Of a DNA stretch of 64,000 bases, positions 19,975 to 28,804 are shown in pieces. Position 1 is the first letter of the stretch. Each line of letters opens with the position of its first letter. The translations under genes were made by a program, and so were the position numbers. The notes under the pieces are model-generated. The model worked only from the letters and a program-made list of their open reading frames with translations. It did no database searches and was not told the DNA's origin. The DNA is from a candidate division WOR-3 bacterium (GTDB lineage Bacteria; Hydrothermota; Hydrothermia; LBFQ01), in assembly GCA_027050205.1 (NCBI GenBank), contig JALUCS010000083.1, forward strand, positions 32,001 to 96,000, in the 5' to 3' direction.

Positions 19975-20427
19975 AGGGAGACTCGGAGCAAATTCGGTGG
20001 GTACGACGTAATGAAGGGTGGGAGTAAAAGCCGTTCCCGGTTTGCCGCTTGTGGCAAGATAACCGATAAGTCGTCCCCGAATCCCTACGGTATGGGGACA
20101 AAATCTCGTGGCCTTAATTTCGTTCAATTTTTATGTTAATCGCGTCATACAAAAGTTAAACAATTAAGTAAAATTACCGAAATATCACACATTGGAGGTA
20201 TTTCCCATCATATTGATCAACTCGTCATTCCATCCGAAAATATAGATGGTGAACGAATGAAAGGGAGGGCATAAAATACGATGTCTTGAGATGGTTCGGA
20301 GCCTTCGCAGAGCTGGGGCTTGCCCTCTCCTCCCGCCCCCAAACGTCGGGGAGATATACGGGATTAGGTTGGCCTTCTCCGGCGGGATACGTACGACTAC
20401 ACCCTACTGACCGCTGATAGGCCGCCC

Positions 20428-21471
20428 TTAAGAAAGGAGCCTCCCCCTAACCGTGTCGGCGAGCTTGAGGAAGGCCCGTCCGCTCGGTGAATCCGGGTAG
20501 GCATGGACCACGGGAACGCCCGCATCCCCGCCGCTGGAGACGTACTCGTCTATGGGTACCCTCACCAGAACGGGTACGCCCGTGATCTTGGAGAGTTTAT
20601 CGGCCCCACCCTCCCCGAATATGTGGTACCTCCTACCGCTGTCCGGACATACGAAGTATGCCATGTTCTCCACTATGCCGAGTACGGGGATCTCCAACTT
20701 CTCAAACCCCTTTATGGCCCTTAGGACGTCTGCTATGGCTACCGTCTGGGGCGTCGTAACGACGATGGCTCCGTCCACCTCGTACCCTTGGGCCAGGGAA
20801 AGGTGGGAATCACCGGTACCCGGAGGCAAATCTACGACGAGGACGTCAAGGTCTCCCCAGGCCGTTTGAAGTAGAAGCTCCTCGTAGGCCTTGTGGAGCA
20901 TGGCCCCCCTCCAGAGTATGGGGGTGTCCTCCTTTACGAGGACCCCGAAGGTGAGGACTTGAATGCCGTACTTCTCTATGGGTTTGAAGCGCCTGTCCTC
21001 CGTTACGTAGACTCTCTCGCCCTCCAAGCCGAGGAGGACGGAGACGGAAGGGCCATACACGTCGGCGTCAAATAGGCCGCTCTTCAGCCCAAGTTTTGAG
21101 AGGGCGACGGCGAGGTTTACGGCCACCGTGGATTTACCCACTCCCCCCTTACCGCTGGCTACGGCGAGGACCTTCTTAACTCCGGGGATCCTCTTCTTCG
21201 TCTTCCCTACGGGGCCGACGTTGACCCTAAGTGGAGGCTTCCCTTCCCTTATCCGGTACCTGACTTCGGGCTTGAATCCCCCCTCTATCAACCTCTTCTC
21301 AACGGCCGTCTTGATGGCCTCCGCTTGACCTTTCAAAGTCGCAGGCAGGAGGAGTACGACCTCCGCCCTGTCCCCTTCAACGGACAGACTTCCCAAGAAC
21401 CCGGAACTTACGAGGTCCTTCCCACCTACGGTTACGGTCTTCAGGATGTCCAAAGCCTTTCTGGTACTCAT
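20428..21471 (-). CDS. mrp: Mrp/ApbC/NBP35 Fe-S cluster carrier ATPase
   Basis: ASGKGGVGKST, DADVYGPS, DLPPGTGD and ENMAYFVCP motifs. Confidence 0.95.
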   Translation of the reverse strand: MSTRKALDILKTVTVGGKDLVSSGFLGSLSVEGDRAEVVLLLPATLKGQAEAIKTAVEKRLIEGGFKPEVRYRIREGKPPLRVNVGPVGKTKKRIPGVKKVLAVASGKGGVGKSTVAVNLAVALSKLGLKSGLFDADVYGPSVSVLLGLEGERVYVTEDRRFKPIEKYGIQVLTFGVLVKEDTPILWRGAMLHKAYEELLLQTAWGDLDVLVVDLPPGTGDSHLSLAQGYEVDGAIVVTTPQTVAIADVLRAIKGFEKLEIPVLGIVENMAYFVCPDSGRRYHIFGEGGADKLSKITGVPVLVRVPIDEYVSSGGDAGVPVVHAYPDSPSGRAFLKLADTVRGRLLS

Positions 21472-21865
21472 AAAGCGGGAATTATACTCCCGGCCGGATG
21501 AAGGAGGGTATATCCCCGTCTCGTCCCTAGCTGCGGCCGACTTCTTGGGCGTTGTAGGTATTTCACCGATAGGATGCCACCCCGTCCATCGCCTGTGAAA
21601 CTACATCGTACAATCCGAAGAATACCATAATTTCTAAGGAATATGGTCAAAATTTACCTAATTTTATGATTAATTTTAGTATAATTGGAAAGTTTTGCGG
21701 CAAAAATATAGGAATTTACCAACTTTAGACATTCGTCGTATAGAGTGATACAATCTCCGAAGAGTCGCTGGCATAAAGTACCCCTTACCGATTTCCATCA
21801 ATTGCACCTCGCATAGGATGGGCAAAATCCGCATATAGATGGCAACAACATTGAATCCAATTTCG

Positions 21866-22435
21866 TCATATTTCAAGGTAGTTAAAGGCTTGATGGTCCA
21901 GTCGCTTTAGGAGTTCTGCAGCTTCCTCTGGGGTTTCCGGGTAGGCTTCCTTCGCCAGGACGGCGACGGAGGAGAAGGGCATAGGGACCCTGAAGAAGTC
22001 CCAAGAGGGGAGGACGTACGCCGAGGAGAAGGCCACACCGACAAAGACCATCCTGACCCCCAATCTGCGGGCGAGGAGTAGGGTATTCTCCTTGAAGTGC
22101 AGGGCGGGGCCGCGGGGTCCGTCCGGGGTGATGGCCACGTTCCACCCCTCCCTCACTGCCCTAACCACCCCCATCACACCCTTAAGTGGAGACTTGTACT
22201 GGGAGGACCATATCACGCCGAGACCTTTCCTCTGTACCAACTCCCCTATCCTCCTCCCGTCCCGACTGGGGGATACCATAACCTTTATGGGTGAATCCCT
22301 GAAGATGTACGGCAATGGGAAGAGGTTCCGATGCCAGAAGAAGAAAACCGTAGGTTCCCCTTCCTTGAAAACCTCACCCACCACCCTCGCCCTGACGGTT
22401 GAGACCAGAAGGTCGTAGAGCCGGTACGCCTTCAC
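21866..22435 (-). CDS. DUF374 lysophospholipid acyltransferase-family protein
   Basis: FWH, SPSRDG, ITPDGPRGP and SWD.F.VP.PFS motifs. Confidence 0.9.
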   Translation of the reverse strand: MKAYRLYDLLVSTVRARVVGEVFKEGEPTVFFFWHRNLFPLPYIFRDSPIKVMVSPSRDGRRIGELVQRKGLGVIWSSQYKSPLKGVMGVVRAVREGWNVAITPDGPRGPALHFKENTLLLARRLGVRMVFVGVAFSSAYVLPSWDFFRVPMPFSSVAVLAKEAYPETPEEAAELLKRLDHQAFNYLEI

Positions 22436-23538
22436 CCTTCCGAACCGAAGAGGGCAGCGAGATGCTCTGGGACGTCCCTAAGGACGTTGGCCTTTATCTC
22501 CTTCCACCTCCTACCCGTAAAGGACGCTATCTCCTCTTCGTACTGCTTATACACGTTCCGGATGAACTCGGCGTACTCGTCGGGGTAGGGGTTGGTAGGG
22601 TGGGCGAAGTTGAGGACACGGTCGTTTGCCATCTTGAATATTATCTCCCCCACCAACTTACGGGACTCCTTAACGAGTTCGTTGAAGGTGGCCTTTATGA
22701 GGGGAATGTCCGAGAAGTAGTACTTGAATATCGGTTCCATCTCCACTATCGGATAGGCATCAACGAGCCTCCCCTTCTTCTGGAACTCTTTCAACAGCTT
22801 GGAGGTTATGACGGGAGGGACGGCCGGCCTCATAACCAACAGGAGGTTCTCCCCGTCCGATACGGCGAGGATCCTGTCCCCCGCCCCGAAGGACTCCAAC
22901 GTTCCCTCGTGTTCGGTTATCCTCTCGTAGGTCCAACTACCGGCGGGGGTATCAACGGCTATCTTGGTTAGGGCAAAGTATCCGGATAGGTAAGGTACGA
23001 AGTCCCCCTCAAGAACGTAGAAGTACGCCTTGTAGGCCCTCAACTCGTCCAAAAGTTCCGGCACCGAGAAGTCCTCGTCCGTGGGTCTCAAACCCACGAG
23101 GTGGCCCTCCACGAAGGCGGCGAGAATCGTACGTTTGTCCCTTGAGGGGAAAATTACCAGAGCAGTGCGTTCCTCCTTCTCCATTTCGGTTAAGAAATCG
23201 TAGAAGTTGGCCTCTATCACCTTCGGCTTGAGGGTGTCGTATATGGCCCTAACCTCAACCTTCTCTATGTCCTTCAACTTTATGTTGTGTAGCTCCGGTA
23301 CGTCCCCCTCGTATATGGATACCTCGTAGGTCAGGACGTCAAAGCTTTCAAGGGCCTTCAGGGCGGCCTTTCCCCGCAGGTCCCCGTACTCGGCGTACAG
23401 GATGGTCTCACCGCGGGTTAGGAGCCTCCCCTCCTCCGTACCGGCTTTTACCTTGAACTCCCAAACGAAGTCCCCCCCTATGTTTGCACTCGCCCGTATG
23501 GCTGTTAGGAGCGACGCAAAGTTTCCAACTTTCTTCAT
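22432..23538 (-). CDS. Hypothetical protein with DUF4388/PatA-N-like N-terminal domain
   Basis: G.LL..GE.ILYAEYG.LRG.AALKAL pattern; translationally coupled within the ilvE operon. Confidence 0.55.
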   Translation of the reverse strand: MKKVGNFASLLTAIRASANIGGDFVWEFKVKAGTEEGRLLTRGETILYAEYGDLRGKAALKALESFDVLTYEVSIYEGDVPELHNIKLKDIEKVEVRAIYDTLKPKVIEANFYDFLTEMEKEERTALVIFPSRDKRTILAAFVEGHLVGLRPTDEDFSVPELLDELRAYKAYFYVLEGDFVPYLSGYFALTKIAVDTPAGSWTYERITEHEGTLESFGAGDRILAVSDGENLLLVMRPAVPPVITSKLLKEFQKKGRLVDAYPIVEMEPIFKYYFSDIPLIKATFNELVKESRKLVGEIIFKMANDRVLNFAHPTNPYPDEYAEFIRNVYKQYEEEIASFTGRRWKEIKANVLRDVPEHLAALFGSEG

Positions 23539-23948
23539 TCACCTATTATTTTAATCACGACGCGTTTGGGACGCTGGCCATCGTACTCAAAGTAGAAGAT
23601 TTCCTGCCAAGGACCCAGGTCCAGGTCTCCGTTCGTTATGGGTAGGACTACCTGGAGGTGGGTTAGGAGGTTCTTCAGGTGGGCGTCGGCGTTGTCCTCG
23701 CCCGTGCGATGGTGTTTGTAGTCGGGGCGGTAGGGGGCGAGCCTCTCCAACCACTCCCACATATCCTCGTGCAGGCCGGACTCGTTGTCCTGTATGAGGA
23801 CGGAGGCCGTGAGGTGCATGGCCGACACCAGGCACAGGCCCTCCTTCACCCCGGACTCCCTCACGGCCTCCCTAACCTGCTCGGTTATATGCACCACGGC
23901 CCTGCGGGTGGGCGTGTTGAACCAGAGGTATTTGGTGTAGGTCTTCAT
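23535..23948 (-). CDS. yjbQ: YjbQ/UPF0047 secondary thiamine-phosphate synthase-like protein
   Basis: [19 protein letters not shown] and [14 protein letters not shown] motifs. Confidence 0.93.
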   Translation of the reverse strand: MKTYTKYLWFNTPTRRAVVHITEQVREAVRESGVKEGLCLVSAMHLTASVLIQDNESGLHEDMWEWLERLAPYRPDYKHHRTGEDNADAHLKNLLTHLQVVLPITNGDLDLGPWQEIFYFEYDGQRPKRVVIKIIGE

Positions 23949-25156
23949 ACCTCTACGTACTCCACCCAGCCGTAGGGATCCTCTACCTTGCCCCGTGCTA
24001 TTCCGGTGTACCTTTCCCTTATCTTTAGGGTGACCGGTCCGGGCTTTCCATCGCCTACGGGTATCCCATCCACGCTCCTTATGGGGGTGACCTCTGCGGC
24101 CGTACCGGTGAAGAAGACCTCGTCGGCTATGTAGAGCATCTCCCTCGGTATCATAGTCTCAATGACAGGGTAGCCGAGGTCCTTTGCTATGCGTATGACG
24201 GAGTCCCTCGTTATGCCGGGGAGGATGGAGGCGGAGAGGGGCGGGGTGTAGATGGTGGCCTTCGTGGGATCCCCGTCCTCGTACATCACGACGAAGACGT
24301 TCTCGCCGGTGCCTTCGGCGACGTGACCGGAGACGGTTAGCTGGATGCTCTCCACGGGCAGGAGGAGGTCGTCAAGTCCGAGGGATAGGTCGACCTTTTC
24401 GTAGTTCTTTTCCCTCGCCTTATTGATAGCATCTTTAACCTTGCCGGCTACGTCCTTGTCCCTGAACATAGCCGAGAGGACGGCCTCCATCTTGGCGAGC
24501 TGGCCCGTGGCGTAGTTGGAGGCTCCCTTGGCCATGAACGGAGTGGTGCTGGGGGCGTTCTTGGCCCACGCCGAGGTTATGACGTCCGCACCCCTCTCTA
24601 TGGCCGTCGTACCGAGGTAGTCGTCCCACAGGAAGGTGGCGATGAACCACTCAACGGGGTTGTTCAGGGGGTTGACGCCGAGGGGTGGGCTAAGGATAGG
24701 GTCCTCCTTCACATCGTAGCCCCGGTAGATGACGGGCCTTATATACACGAAGGGGTTCGCCATCTTCCCCTCTTCCTTCACCTTTTTAGCCTTCCGGTAG
24801 AGGTCGTTCTCACGGATGAGGTCCTTCGTTATCTCCATAAAGCGGGTGATCAGGTCCTCCGTCTTCACCCTTCCCTCCTTCTTGAGGTCTTCGGGGGCGT
24901 AGTCTTCGGGGAGCATCCGGTATATCTTGGCGGAGCGGATGAGGCGACGGTAGTGGTCCCTACCCCTGAAGATGGCGACGCCCTTGTCGGTTACGTAGCC
25001 CCTTATACCCTCAAAGACGCCGCTGCTGTAGTGTATGACGTGCGATAGGACGTGGATCTTGGCTTTGTCCCAGTCAACGTAGTCGGCCTCGACCTTGCCT
25101 CCCTCTACGCGGTACATGTATATGCATCTCTTGCTACAGCATTTGGATCTGGTCAT
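23945..25156 (-). CDS. ilvE: Branched-chain amino acid aminotransferase with large insertions
   Basis: [17 protein letters not shown]...NY, EGTGEN, ILPGITR and [12 protein letters not shown] motifs. Confidence 0.93.
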   Translation of the reverse strand: MTRSKCCSKRCIYMYRVEGGKVEADYVDWDKAKIHVLSHVIHYSSGVFEGIRGYVTDKGVAIFRGRDHYRRLIRSAKIYRMLPEDYAPEDLKKEGRVKTEDLITRFMEITKDLIRENDLYRKAKKVKEEGKMANPFVYIRPVIYRGYDVKEDPILSPPLGVNPLNNPVEWFIATFLWDDYLGTTAIERGADVITSAWAKNAPSTTPFMAKGASNYATGQLAKMEAVLSAMFRDKDVAGKVKDAINKAREKNYEKVDLSLGLDDLLLPVESIQLTVSGHVAEGTGENVFVVMYEDGDPTKATIYTPPLSASILPGITRDSVIRIAKDLGYPVIETMIPREMLYIADEVFFTGTAAEVTPIRSVDGIPVGDGKPGPVTLKIRERYTGIARGKVEDPYGWVEYVEV

Positions 25157-25243
25157 CCGTCTTGTATTCTAAGGTCGTACTCCAAACTCAACCGCATCCT
25201 CCCCTTCAAAGGCTTTTCAACGTTCGTACGTAGAATAGTATCC

Positions 25244-26035
25244 GTGCATCTCCTAAGATTAATCCGTCCTGCCAACGCCCTCCTATCCTCGTTGGTCGTC
25301 CTGACGGCCTGTCACCTGTCCTACTGCCTCGCCGGGAAGCCCCTCCACCTTATGTTAGGAGCCTTTTTCATTACAGCCTTCATAAACGTGACCAACGACC
25401 TCTTGGACGTACCGGAGGACACCCTGAACCACCCGGAGCGGCCCCTCCCGTCCGGGAGGGTGTCGGAGGAGCAGGCTTGGGTTCTGGCAATCACCCTCCT
25501 CTTCTTCGCCCTCTACGTGTCCTACCACCATTCCCCTTGGGTTTTGGCGGTCGGCTCCCTTGCTATGTTCCTCGCCCTCCTCTACAACTACTACCTTAAG
25601 GCCCTACCCTTTCTGGGCAACCTCACGGTGGCCACCGTCGTAGCCCTGGCCTTCCTGTACGGCAGTGGGGGATACCTCCTCCACAGGGTCCTCCCCGCCG
25701 CCCTCCTCGGCGGCTACCTCCATCTCATAAGGGAGTTCGTAAAGAGCCTTCAGGATATGCGGGGGGACGCACCGTACAGACGCACGGTCGCCCACGTCCT
25801 GGGGGAGGGGCCAACGCGGAGGTTAGTATTCTTCGGCCTGATAATTCTTCCCTTACTCTCCGTCCTCCCCGTCTTCGTTGGCTACTCTTACCTCTACGTC
25901 GTATCCGTCCTCCTTTTGGTCGGTTTCCCCGCCCTCCTCACCTCTCCCCTCGTCTTCTATGGGCGCTATCGCCTCCTCTCGTCCATCCTCAAGGTCCTGA
26001 CGGCCCTCGCCCTCGTATCCCTGTGGGTGGCTTAG
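25244..26035 (+). CDS. UbiA-family prenyltransferase, DGGGP-synthase-like
   Basis: LIRPAN, NDLLDVPED..NHPERPLPSG, YN..LK..P..GN and REFVK..QD..GD motifs. GTG start after TAGAAT. Confidence 0.85.
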   Translation: MHLLRLIRPANALLSSLVVLTACHLSYCLAGKPLHLMLGAFFITAFINVTNDLLDVPEDTLNHPERPLPSGRVSEEQAWVLAITLLFFALYVSYHHSPWVLAVGSLAMFLALLYNYYLKALPFLGNLTVATVVALAFLYGSGGYLLHRVLPAALLGGYLHLIREFVKSLQDMRGDAPYRRTVAHVLGEGPTRRLVFFGLIILPLLSVLPVFVGYSYLYVVSVLLLVGFPALLTSPLVFYGRYRLLSSILKVLTALALVSLWVA

Positions 26036-26143
26036 GGAAAGGGGTCTTGAAGAGATAGCCGTACTTCGCCGTTGCAAGATTTTGAACGGCATTCCTGCGG
26101 CACATTGTGGAGGATTGGAGGTGAGGGCGATTGACGGAGGCCA

Positions 26144-26204
26144 CTTCAAAAACTGCAAGCCGGACTTTATTTTATAAAATCGTAAGTCGCACTTTAAGAT
26201 CCTT
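26144..26204 (+). repeat. Internally deleted copy of the dispersed ~80 bp intergenic repeat
   Basis: CTTCAAAAACTGCAAGCCGGACTTTA...ATAAAATCGTAAGTCGCACTTTAAGATCCTT matches both ends of the 36587 and 47585 copies. Confidence 0.65.
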
Positions 26205-26420
26205 AATCCACATAAAACGACCCAAGGCCCGTAATCGGTGAGGGTTGTTACGATCCCGCAAGTCCGGGGACATAGTGGTATAACCTTCATAATTTCGCAA
26301 TTTTATGGGGTAATTGTTGAGATATTGCAGAAATTAACGGGAATACTGCTATCAAAGTCTAAATCACATCTACAGAAATCCGCATTACACGGCATCGCAC
26401 CGCGCGACCGGACGTACCCG

Positions 26421-26825
26421 TTACCCCCTACTCCTTCTCCCTACGCTCTTTACCCCTATCCGCCTCATCAACTTCCAGGCCCCTATGTAGCTGTACTCCA
26501 CCCCGAACTCTTTCCTTATCAACTCTATCACCTCCTTGGGCGTCCAACGGTCCTTCGCCTTCAGAAGTTCCTTCAACCTCTCCTCGTCCTCCTCGCTCAA
26601 CTTCCTCCTCTTCCCTTGGTTTCCTTCCGCCCTCCTGTCCCTCAACCCCTCTATCCCCTCCTCCCTGTACCTCCTCTTCCACTCGTATATCGTCCTCTCC
26701 CCTATCCCCAACTCCTTCGCCACCTCCTTTACCTTCATCTTACCGCTCTCAACCAGATACACTATCACCGCCCTTACCTTTATGTCGTTTTTATTCTCTC
26801 GGATGAACTTCACCAGGTCCTCCAT
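26421..26825 (-). mobile_element. IS630-family transposase N-terminal HTH module with no DDE domain (IS relic or domesticated DNA-binding protein)
   Basis: VKEVAKELGIGERTIYEWKRRYREEGIEGL..R...GKRRKLS...WT...I..EFGVEYS pattern. No catalytic ORF follows. Confidence 0.8.
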
Positions 26826-26890
26826 CTCAACCCTCTATTCTAAACCCGTAATGCATCCTTGTGAGAAGAAGGCCGTTTATGGGGAGGGAG

Positions 26891-27529
26891 TTACCCTCCC
26901 TCCGTACGCCCCTCCCTCTTGAAGAGGACGTAGGAGTAGGCCACCGCCACCACGACCAGAAACACCGCCCCGCCGATTATCACGCCCACCATGAGAGTAG
27001 GGGAGACGAGGGAGGCGAGGCCGATGAGGAGGCCGTAGAGGACGAAGAGGACACCGAATAGCCTGTGGGTCTTCCTCCAGACCCTCTCCGAGGCCAGAGT
27101 CCAGGGGGTACGCACACCGAGGAACCAGTTGTGGGGCAGTTTAGGTAGGTAGTTCCCCAGGAGGACCATAAGGAGGGCGACGAATAGGCCGATGTACCAC
27201 GGCTCCAACCTCCCCCTGAAGGCCGCGAGGACGACCAGACCGTTGAGTACGGCGAAAAGTACGACCGTTATGTCCCTGACCGTACGGACGGTTCCGAGCC
27301 TCTCCCTGACCCTCTCCGAGTAGGGGTCAAACTTCGGTAGGTAGGTCATAAGGGCGTATATGGCCACCATCACCGCCGGCAGGAGAAGGAGGAAGAACTT
27401 GCTGCCGTAAGAGTCCGGTTCCCCCTCAACGTTGAAGTGTATGGGTACGACGGGCGGCAGTACCGCCACCGCCCAAAGGCTCAAACCCACCGAAAGCACC
27501 ATAAAGGCGAGTGCTATCTTCCTAAGCAT
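26891..27529 (-). CDS. sdpI: SdpI-family immunity membrane protein (DUF1648 + SdpI)
   Basis: LP..VPIHFN..GEPD.YGSK and GNYLPK..NWFLGVRTPWTL.SE.VWRKTHR motifs. Confidence 0.9.
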   Translation of the reverse strand: MLRKIALAFMVLSVGLSLWAVAVLPPVVPIHFNVEGEPDSYGSKFFLLLLPAVMVAIYALMTYLPKFDPYSERVRERLGTVRTVRDITVVLFAVLNGLVVLAAFRGRLEPWYIGLFVALLMVLLGNYLPKLPHNWFLGVRTPWTLASERVWRKTHRLFGVLFVLYGLLIGLASLVSPTLMVGVIIGGAVFLVVVAVAYSYVLFKREGRTEGG

Positions 27530-27794
27530 GGTCCTTACCTCCCTTTAGCTTCATAAAGAACTCAATCGCCATCTCTAAGACCCCCATATCTAACGAATAG
27601 ACCACGTTCCTGCCCCGCTTTACGGCTATGACGATGCCGGCACGGGTGAGGCGGTCCATGTGGTAGGAGAGGGAGGGTTGGGATATTCCGAGCCTCTCCC
27701 TTAGCTCCTTCTGGGTCAGGTCCCCATCCTTCAGGATCTCCACGATCTTCAGGCGGACGGGGTCGGAGAGGGCGGCGAAGACCTCCTTAAGCAT
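27522..27794 (-). CDS. sdpR: ArsR/SdpR-family repressor
   Basis: FAALSDPVRLKI, ISQPSLSYH and KRGRNVVYSL motifs; directly upstream of sdpI. Confidence 0.85.
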   Translation of the reverse strand: MLKEVFAALSDPVRLKIVEILKDGDLTQKELRERLGISQPSLSYHMDRLTRAGIVIAVKRGRNVVYSLDMGVLEMAIEFFMKLKGGKDHA

Positions 27795-28638
27795 CCTTCC
27801 TTCTCAACAGGTAGAGGGCCAAGTTGAGGGCGGAGAGGACGAGGAGGCCGCTAAGACCGGTTATGCCGACGGTCAGGTCGTTCCCACCCCTCAAGAAGAG
27901 GAGGTCAAACCCGCCTACGCCGTTGAGGGTGCCGTGGAAGATGGCCGCCGCGAGGGTAGACCTCGCCTTCTCCCGTATATAGAACATCAGGGGACTCAAC
28001 AGGGTGGTGAACAGGACCATCATAAAGACGCCGGGGACGGGATGAATGGGGTAGTTGTGGCCCTTCAGGATCAGGGGGGCGTGCCATAGACCCCAGAGGA
28101 CGCCGACGGTGTAGGACATCCTCCAGAAGCCCATTTCCTTAAACTCGGAGTACAGGAAACCCCGCCAGCCCACCTCCTCGCCGAAGGAGACGATGGCGTT
28201 TATCGTAATCCCGGCCACCATACCGTAGAGGAAGAGGGTTATCAGCATCGGGACGGTGAGGGTGCTTACGGCCTCCTTAACGCTGCCGAGGTCTTGAGGG
28301 GAGACCGTCCGGCTCAACCTCTGGAGGAGGGCGTCGCTGTGGGGCGATAGGCTAACACCGGGCATTAGGAGGTCCACAAGGAACGTCAAGAGTACGACGA
28401 AGGGGGGAAGGAGCCAGGCCACCAGCCACCAGGCGTTGGGGTTGAAGCGGAGGCCGAGATCCGGCAGGGGGTGGCGGAGGACCTTGAGGGTCAGGACGGC
28501 GAGGGTGGGGCCGAACATATAGGCGGTGGAGACGAAGAGGAGGGCAGAGGGAGGGAGGTGGAAGACGTACAGTGCGGATGCCACCGACCAACTGTACGCA
28601 AAGGCCAGAGTCAGGAAGAGGAGCGTCCCTTTCCTCAT
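27787..28638 (-). CDS. CPBP/CAAX (Abi) intramembrane metalloprotease
   Basis: GEEVGWRGFL, WGLWHAP and AAIFHGTLN motifs. Confidence 0.93.
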   Translation of the reverse strand: MRKGTLLFLTLAFAYSWSVASALYVFHLPPSALLFVSTAYMFGPTLAVLTLKVLRHPLPDLGLRFNPNAWWLVAWLLPPFVVLLTFLVDLLMPGVSLSPHSDALLQRLSRTVSPQDLGSVKEAVSTLTVPMLITLFLYGMVAGITINAIVSFGEEVGWRGFLYSEFKEMGFWRMSYTVGVLWGLWHAPLILKGHNYPIHPVPGVFMMVLFTTLLSPLMFYIREKARSTLAAAIFHGTLNGVGGFDLLFLRGGNDLTVGITGLSGLLVLSALNLALYLLRRKDA

Positions 28639-28660
28639 CACCCGGTATTATAAGGGGGAA

Positions 28661-28688
28661 ACATAAACGTATAATGATGTGTTTATAT
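28661..28688. promoter_or_regulatory. Candidate ArsR/SdpR operator (imperfect 12-4-12 inverted repeat)
   Basis: ACATAAACGTAT-AATG-ATGTGTTTATAT, 9/12 arm match, over the expected -35 region of the promoter whose -10 is at 28647-28652. Confidence 0.45.
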
Positions 28689-28729
28689 AAAGACCCCCCG
28701 CCGCAATCCCCAGTAGAATATCCACACGG

Positions 28730-28804
28730 ATGGCCGCCCGGAAGATGCACTCCCTGACCGCATCCCCCATCCTCCTTGGCCCAACGGATGGAGGGGAGAT
28801 ATGA
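28730..28804 (+). CDS. Putative 24 aa leader peptide (uORF) coupled to the GT2 gene
   Basis: MAARKMHSLTASPILLGPTDGGEI*. ATG lies 10 nt after TAGAAT; the stop overlaps the next start as ATGA. Confidence 0.3.
   Translation: MAARKMHSLTASPILLGPTDGGEI

Noticed and set aside
18852..19975. Long antisense ORFs over tuf and many other genes (e.g. 18920-19975, 43469-44338, 61244-61942)
   Set aside because: Shadow frames expected from GC3-rich coding on the opposite strand; no recognisable domains.
20114..20141. Possible dif site: TTATGTTAAT resembles the XerD arm
   Set aside because: The position of the XerC arm (TTAATTTCGTT) lacks the expected ...ATAA end; only a half match in AT-rich DNA.
24340..24480. 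Intein in ilvE
   Set aside because: The insert is only about 40 aa and lacks the C/S start and HN-C/S/T end.
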